Below are positions 36,645 through 40,822 of a stretch of 40,822 nt of DNA, one piece after another. The translations under genes and the position numbers were made by a program. Source of the DNA: a virus. Taxonomy: Duplodnaviria > Caudoviricetes. The DNA is taken from positions 1-40,822 of the IMG/VR virus record IMGVR_UViG_3300020235_000102; one strand, given 5' to 3'. Each line of letters starts with the position of its first letter. Positions within the stretch are counted from its first letter, which is position 1. Below the pieces are notes generated by a model. It was not told the DNA's origin, did no database searches, and saw nothing but the letters and a program-made list of their open reading frames with translations.

Positions 36645-37529
36645 TTAAATCGTGTCTGCCAGCTGCAGATTGACGATATGCTCGTCCTCGACGCGAACCG
36701 CGCCGATTGTCATGAACGAGTAAATGCGCCATGCGAAGCTGATTGACGGGTCTTCGGCAATCCGGGAAGTGACATCGCGATCAACCATCAAACCAATCGC
36801 TTTCATCGTCAAAGCGAAACAGTCAATGTCAGTACCCGGGGCGGTTGGATGGTTCAACCGTGTGGAGACAATCCACTGGTATCCCATCCAGTTATCGATG
36901 TAGCCCATTTCCGCGAGAGCCTTGACATAAACGTAATCGCCGCTGGTCGCTTCCGTTAGCTGCAAGAGCTTCCGGGCCTGAACAGGGCCAATTACCATAC
37001 ATTTTAGCTCGTCGGGATCGATGTCGTTGTCGAGGAACTTCTCCGTTACCTGCGTCACGAGATCGAAGTTGAGACTGGTGTCATAAACATCAACGGTCGC
37101 ACCGAAAACCTTCTGGCTATCGGGGAAAGTGTTGGCTACACCAAGCCCATCGAGGGCTGTACCGGTTGCGGCACTGATGATTTCGTCGTCGAACGCTCGG
37201 CTCATTGCATAGCCTTGCGACTGTGCGAGATTCGAGTTCGGGTCGATAATCATCTGCACGATATCTTCTTGCTCGGTGGAATCACCTGTATCGTACGTTA
37301 CCGGTACGCTTACGCGTCTTGACCACGGCCAGTCTTGAACCGGAGTCGCTTGTAACCGGGTGCTCTTGACCTGCGCTTCCGCAGTTCCGAGGCGCTCCCA
37401 GTTGTGTTCTTCGGAATTAACACCACGTTCCGTCACTTTCGAACGGAGCCGCGATGGCTTCTGTTGCGCCAGATGGCGCAGGATACTTTCGTATGTTGAT
37501 ACGAAAATATTGTCGACTGTATTAACCAT
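36645..37529 (-). CDS. Major capsid protein (BPP-1/T7-like podovirus type)
   Basis: HLAQQKPSRLR, AMSRAFDDEII, TSGDY, WMGYQWI, GAVRVEDE; has its own promoter and terminator. Confidence 0.92.
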   Translation of the reverse strand: MVNTVDNIFVSTYESILRHLAQQKPSRLRSKVTERGVNSEEHNWERLGTAEAQVKSTRLQATPVQDWPWSRRVSVPVTYDTGDSTEQEDIVQMIIDPNSNLAQSQGYAMSRAFDDEIISAATGTALDGLGVANTFPDSQKVFGATVDVYDTSLNFDLVTQVTEKFLDNDIDPDELKCMVIGPVQARKLLQLTEATSGDYVYVKALAEMGYIDNWMGYQWIVSTRLNHPTAPGTDIDCFALTMKAIGLMVDRDVTSRIAEDPSISFAWRIYSFMTIGAVRVEDEHIVNLQLADTI

Positions 37530-37667
37530 GAGTGGCTCCTACGTTAAAGATTAACCGCTTGGAGCTACCCGATTTGACTCGGACCCTCAGCTTAGGGATT
37601 CCGTCCCTCACTGGAGGTGATAAAGGACCCAGACTTGGGCTGCCCTCCATCGATCTCATTCCCGGGG

Positions 37668-37696
37668 AGTATACCACACCCGGAGGCTCGTGTCAA
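37668..37696 (-). promoter_or_regulatory. sigma70 promoter for the major capsid gene
   Basis: Minus strand TTGACA, 17 nt, TGTGG-TATACT. Confidence 0.85.
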
Positions 37697-37710
37697 CCCT
37701 CGAAAGGTCG

Positions 37711-38526
37711 CTACCCCCCACCTGCAGCAGCGGCCCTATTAAGATCAACAACACGCTGTATATACTCTTTGTGCTGTGGATGATGGGCATCCCAATACGG
37801 ACCTTTTGAATCTGCCATAATTTCCTCAACCCGAGCCTTGGCTTCGGAAGGAGCTACCCTACTAGTATACTCGTCCTTATTGAAGTTAATTCCCTCGGTA
37901 CCAAGCTGCTTGCCAATATTATGGAGCCACTTGGCTGCAGAAGCCGGGAGCTTACCATTCGCGGCCAATTCCAGCATTTCCTTAGGTGCGCCAGTGCCCT
38001 TCATTACAGCATCGACTAGCTGGAGGTTATCATCGTAGACAATCCCCCACTCCTGCTTGAGTGCACGTGTATCCGCAACGAATTGATCAGTTGCCGCTTC
38101 TTGCTGGACAATTGTAAACTCATGTAGAGCAGCTACCATTTTACCATATTGGGTCCTAGATAACCCCAGTCCATGGGCAAGGTTGGCGAAATCCGCCATT
38201 TTGGTCGCGTCCATTCCCTCCGGGTGTTCGTACCCCGTAGCTTCATCCGGTCGCCCTAGCGTCTTGTACAACGCATTCATGGACTCTTTATCATCCACAT
38301 TGGGTGTTTGAATTAGACCGGGAACTTTATCACCAAGCTTGGCGTGAAAGGCCTTCATTGCATCGTCCCCGGCTTCTGGCCCCGGGATACGAATTGACTG
38401 GCCGATCATGGCTTGACCGTCGATAAACTGCTGAGCAAGGCTACTCACATCCTTGACATCCGCTAGGCTCTTGTGAGCTTTTAGCTCGTCGGAGAGATTA
38501 TCCCTCCAATTCGGTTCGTCTGGCAT
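37711..38526 (-). CDS. Capsid scaffolding protein
   Basis: WRDNLSDEL, LGRPDEATGY, LKQEWG, PYWDAHHPQHKEYIQRV; between portal and capsid. Confidence 0.85.
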   Translation of the reverse strand: MPDEPNWRDNLSDELKAHKSLADVKDVSSLAQQFIDGQAMIGQSIRIPGPEAGDDAMKAFHAKLGDKVPGLIQTPNVDDKESMNALYKTLGRPDEATGYEHPEGMDATKMADFANLAHGLGLSRTQYGKMVAALHEFTIVQQEAATDQFVADTRALKQEWGIVYDDNLQLVDAVMKGTGAPKEMLELAANGKLPASAAKWLHNIGKQLGTEGINFNKDEYTSRVAPSEAKARVEEIMADSKGPYWDAHHPQHKEYIQRVVDLNRAAAAGGG

Positions 38527-38764
38527 TTTCTTTATACCTTATCATCTGGCGAATGTATATTACAACGTCACGTCTACCGACTTTGTAGTTTGTTTCCGCA
38601 TCATTTTTCCCGAGTAACGTCTCGGGATTAAATTCCTCTTCTAGAGCTTCAAGGATTTTCACACCAATTGGCGAAGTGAATAACTTGTGAAAATCCCCTG
38701 CCTTCTTTCCGAGGGCTTCTATCGCAGCTTCTTTAGGCCGCTTGACTTCCTTCTTCTGGTCCAA
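38498..38764 (-). CDS. Bbp19-like small protein
   Basis: FTSPIGVKILEALEEEF...TNYKVGRRDVVIYI; follows the portal. Confidence 0.75.
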   Translation of the reverse strand: MDQKKEVKRPKEAAIEALGKKAGDFHKLFTSPIGVKILEALEEEFNPETLLGKNDAETNYKVGRRDVVIYIRQMIRYKENARRTELEG

Positions 38765-40409
38765 GTCCCGGTACCTCCCTTAGTGCTGTCTCACCTTCTC
38801 CAAGGGCCTTCATGCCCTTACCAACCTGCTCGTCTTCCATGCCCTGCTCAGTCCGCTCCTGCGCTGCTGCGCGATCTTTACGTATCTTCTTAATCTCTGC
38901 ATCAGAATGCATCAATTTCGCGGGTACTCCCTCCAAACTGCCGAGTTCTTTACCAATTTCATCCCAATTCGGGAGGTCCAAAACCTCAGGAGCAACTTGA
39001 CTGAGTTCGGCAAGAGAGGCGACCCACCTGCTGACACCAGAAGCGATATCCGCTCTTTGCGCTCGTACCAATGGCCCGGTGTATATAATATCCAACTCGC
39101 CATTGGATTCTTCTGTGATAATAGCGGGAAGTTCCCCAAATTGTCCGGCTCGGTATAGGATATTAAATGTGCGTTGGACGAGTGGGTCCAAGTAATCCGA
39201 TTGAAGTCGTCCAAGTGTAGGTCCCAGCAACCTTTGCATAAGTTCATAGCGAGTTTGAACCTCGGTAGCGGTCATTGCTGGAGATTCCTTAAGCTCCAGT
39301 TGATCTACGTAAAAGATAGACCGTATGCTCTGTTTCAACGATTCGCGCTGGAGTTGTGATACATCAAAACGTGCACCAGACTCGTAAGGCTCCATCGAAT
39401 CCATTGACCGCACAACGGTCAGGCCAGCAGGTTCCAAGTCCAAGTCGGATAGAAGACCCCGTTCTGTTACTTTTGTCGGAGGGTCGACCACCTTCTCTGT
39501 TGCTTTAAGTATAAGCTCCACGAGGCTGTTGATGGTCAGTATATCCGGCAATGCGATCATTGCTGGGCCGTGACCCCACATGGACTTGGAAGTTTTCCGC
39601 CACCGGGGGACGAATGCAGGCATTTCATAATACCCACCTTCCTCACCCAGTTCATAGGCATCAGAATGTAAAATATGCTTCATACCCCACGGACGCTCTT
39701 TGGGTGAGAGTGTCTTAGAAGTATCAGCATCCTCTTTATCTTTACGAGGATATATGCACATTATTACTGCATGCTTCTTGTCCATGGCTTGAGCGGTCAG
39801 GGACTGTTTGTACATCGACTCGGATACCCCTTCTTCACCAAACTTGGTTACGATCTGGGTAGCGGTCCACATGTAACGCCTGTAGGTACGGTGTGCTTGT
39901 CCGGTATGGTCTTGCTCGAACCAAGTCTCCTCGATTGGGACGGATTGGAAGTTTAACTTCACAAACTTACCGTTCTTCTCGATAACTTCCTCAATGATCA
40001 TGGAAGTGCCGTATGACACGAGGTCAATATACGTCTCGTTGGCCTCCAGATTAAAGTTCGAATCCTGCAACGCTGTAAAACACTTGTGAGCAGCCTCTTC
40101 GAGCCACTGGCGGGCTTCTTTATCGTCGTTAAGGTCTGTTTGCCGCCACGCTAGCTCAAACCAGCGTATAGCGGGGCTAGTAAGAGAGCCATGTATACTA
40201 GCAGCAAGAGTATTAGTAGCGTCCACCGCTGTAGAGTCGAATATCTCACGATTATCCCTCCACGTTACGGCATGCTCTGTGTTAATATCCCGGAAGAAGT
40301 CCCCACGGAATGGAACAACGAGTTTGTTAATGGTTTCCCATACATCCTCAACGGTCTTGCGTTGTGACACCAGAGCGTCGAAGCGTTTTCTAATTTCCTT
40401 ACCGTCCAT
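38733..40409 (-). CDS. Portal (head-tail connector)
   Basis: IFDSTAV, LTSPAIRWF, VPRW...WGHGPAM, MTATEV, RLLGPTLGRLQSDYLDPLV. Confidence 0.95.
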   Translation of the reverse strand: MDGKEIRKRFDALVSQRKTVEDVWETINKLVVPFRGDFFRDINTEHAVTWRDNREIFDSTAVDATNTLAASIHGSLTSPAIRWFELAWRQTDLNDDKEARQWLEEAAHKCFTALQDSNFNLEANETYIDLVSYGTSMIIEEVIEKNGKFVKLNFQSVPIEETWFEQDHTGQAHRTYRRYMWTATQIVTKFGEEGVSESMYKQSLTAQAMDKKHAVIMCIYPRKDKEDADTSKTLSPKERPWGMKHILHSDAYELGEEGGYYEMPAFVPRWRKTSKSMWGHGPAMIALPDILTINSLVELILKATEKVVDPPTKVTERGLLSDLDLEPAGLTVVRSMDSMEPYESGARFDVSQLQRESLKQSIRSIFYVDQLELKESPAMTATEVQTRYELMQRLLGPTLGRLQSDYLDPLVQRTFNILYRAGQFGELPAIITEESNGELDIIYTGPLVRAQRADIASGVSRWVASLAELSQVAPEVLDLPNWDEIGKELGSLEGVPAKLMHSDAEIKKIRKDRAAAQERTEQGMEDEQVGKGMKALGEGETALREVPGLGPEEGSQAA

Positions 40410-40822
40410 TATGATTCCTCAGTGTCCCATCATCGTTAAACATCCACGGATACATATCCATTGCGCTTTGCTTTTGACTTTGCTGCTTGCCTCTTATTGC
40501 ACTTCTTACACCAAACTGAGCCGAGGTGACTTTAATGCCTCCAATGTAATCGCGCCACCCAACCGAGAGATAGCGCATAGCATCTGCGGGGTGACTCGCC
40601 CAATCGTGAAGGGGTTTGTCTCTGAACATTTGGAGTCGATCGTCATACTCACGCCGATAACTATGCAATCCGTCAAGAAGGCGTCCAACCTTTGGTTCAT
40701 TAAATCGCGCTGTTCTAATAATTGCTCTTGTCGCATCTATTCCATCCTGAACCGGGATTTTTGATACAATGTCGAACGAAAAGCCCAACGCAAGCGCGAA
40801 TTCGACCCTTGTCTTTCCGGTC
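40399..40822 (-). CDS. terL: Terminase large subunit, C-terminal part
   Basis: DGIDATR...PLHDWASHPADAMRY nuclease end; joins 1..1139. Confidence 0.95.
   Translation of the reverse strand, partial: TGKTRVEFALALGFSFDIVSKIPVQDGIDATRAIIRTARFNEPKVGRLLDGLHSYRREYDDRLQMFRDKPLHDWASHPADAMRYLSVGWRDYIGGIKVTSAQFGVRSAIRGKQQSQKQSAMDMYPWMFNDDGTLRNHNGR
40682..40822. repeat. Duplicate of bases 1-141
   Basis: Exact match. Confidence 0.97.

Noticed and set aside
1-40822. Integrase, repressor, phage RNA polymerase, introns/inteins, recoded stop codons, restriction-site avoidance
   Set aside because: No matching motifs were seen, and core genes are uninterrupted in the standard code. GATC, GGCC and CCGG sites are visibly common; exact counts were not computed.

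Overview
This window is a complete, circularly assembled genome of about 40.7 kb from a short-tailed (podovirus-type) phage. Bases 1-141 duplicate 40682-40822, and the terminase large subunit gene crosses this junction. The + strand (2.6-17.9 kb) carries small early genes and a replication module: SNF2 helicase, an SSB-like protein, a family A DNA polymerase, a Prim-Pol/PriCT-2/NTPase primase-helicase, purZ, mazZ and a PD-(D/E)XK nuclease. The - strand carries terS, terL, portal, scaffold, major capsid, tail tube proteins A and B, fibres, internal virion proteins and a lysis cassette. The main result is a 2-aminoadenine (Z-base) DNA pathway. It comprises PurZ (GSTGKG and NFANY signatures), a MazZ-type dGTPase and a DpoZ-like polymerase (HDS in motif C), in a phiVC8-like layout, but I cannot find the usual datZ HD-domain dATPase. 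There is no phage RNA polymerase; seven near-consensus sigma70 promoters of shared design appear instead. Other observations are: a structured intergenic RNA whose 5' end is complementary to the phage's own ACACAGGAGT ribosome-binding sites, a pair of paralogous early proteins, a repeat-rich origin or genome-end region, a dual-frame tandem repeat encoding acidic and protamine-like peptides, and an internal duplication in the 1751-aa virion protein. All family assignments are from motif recognition by eye, without database searches.
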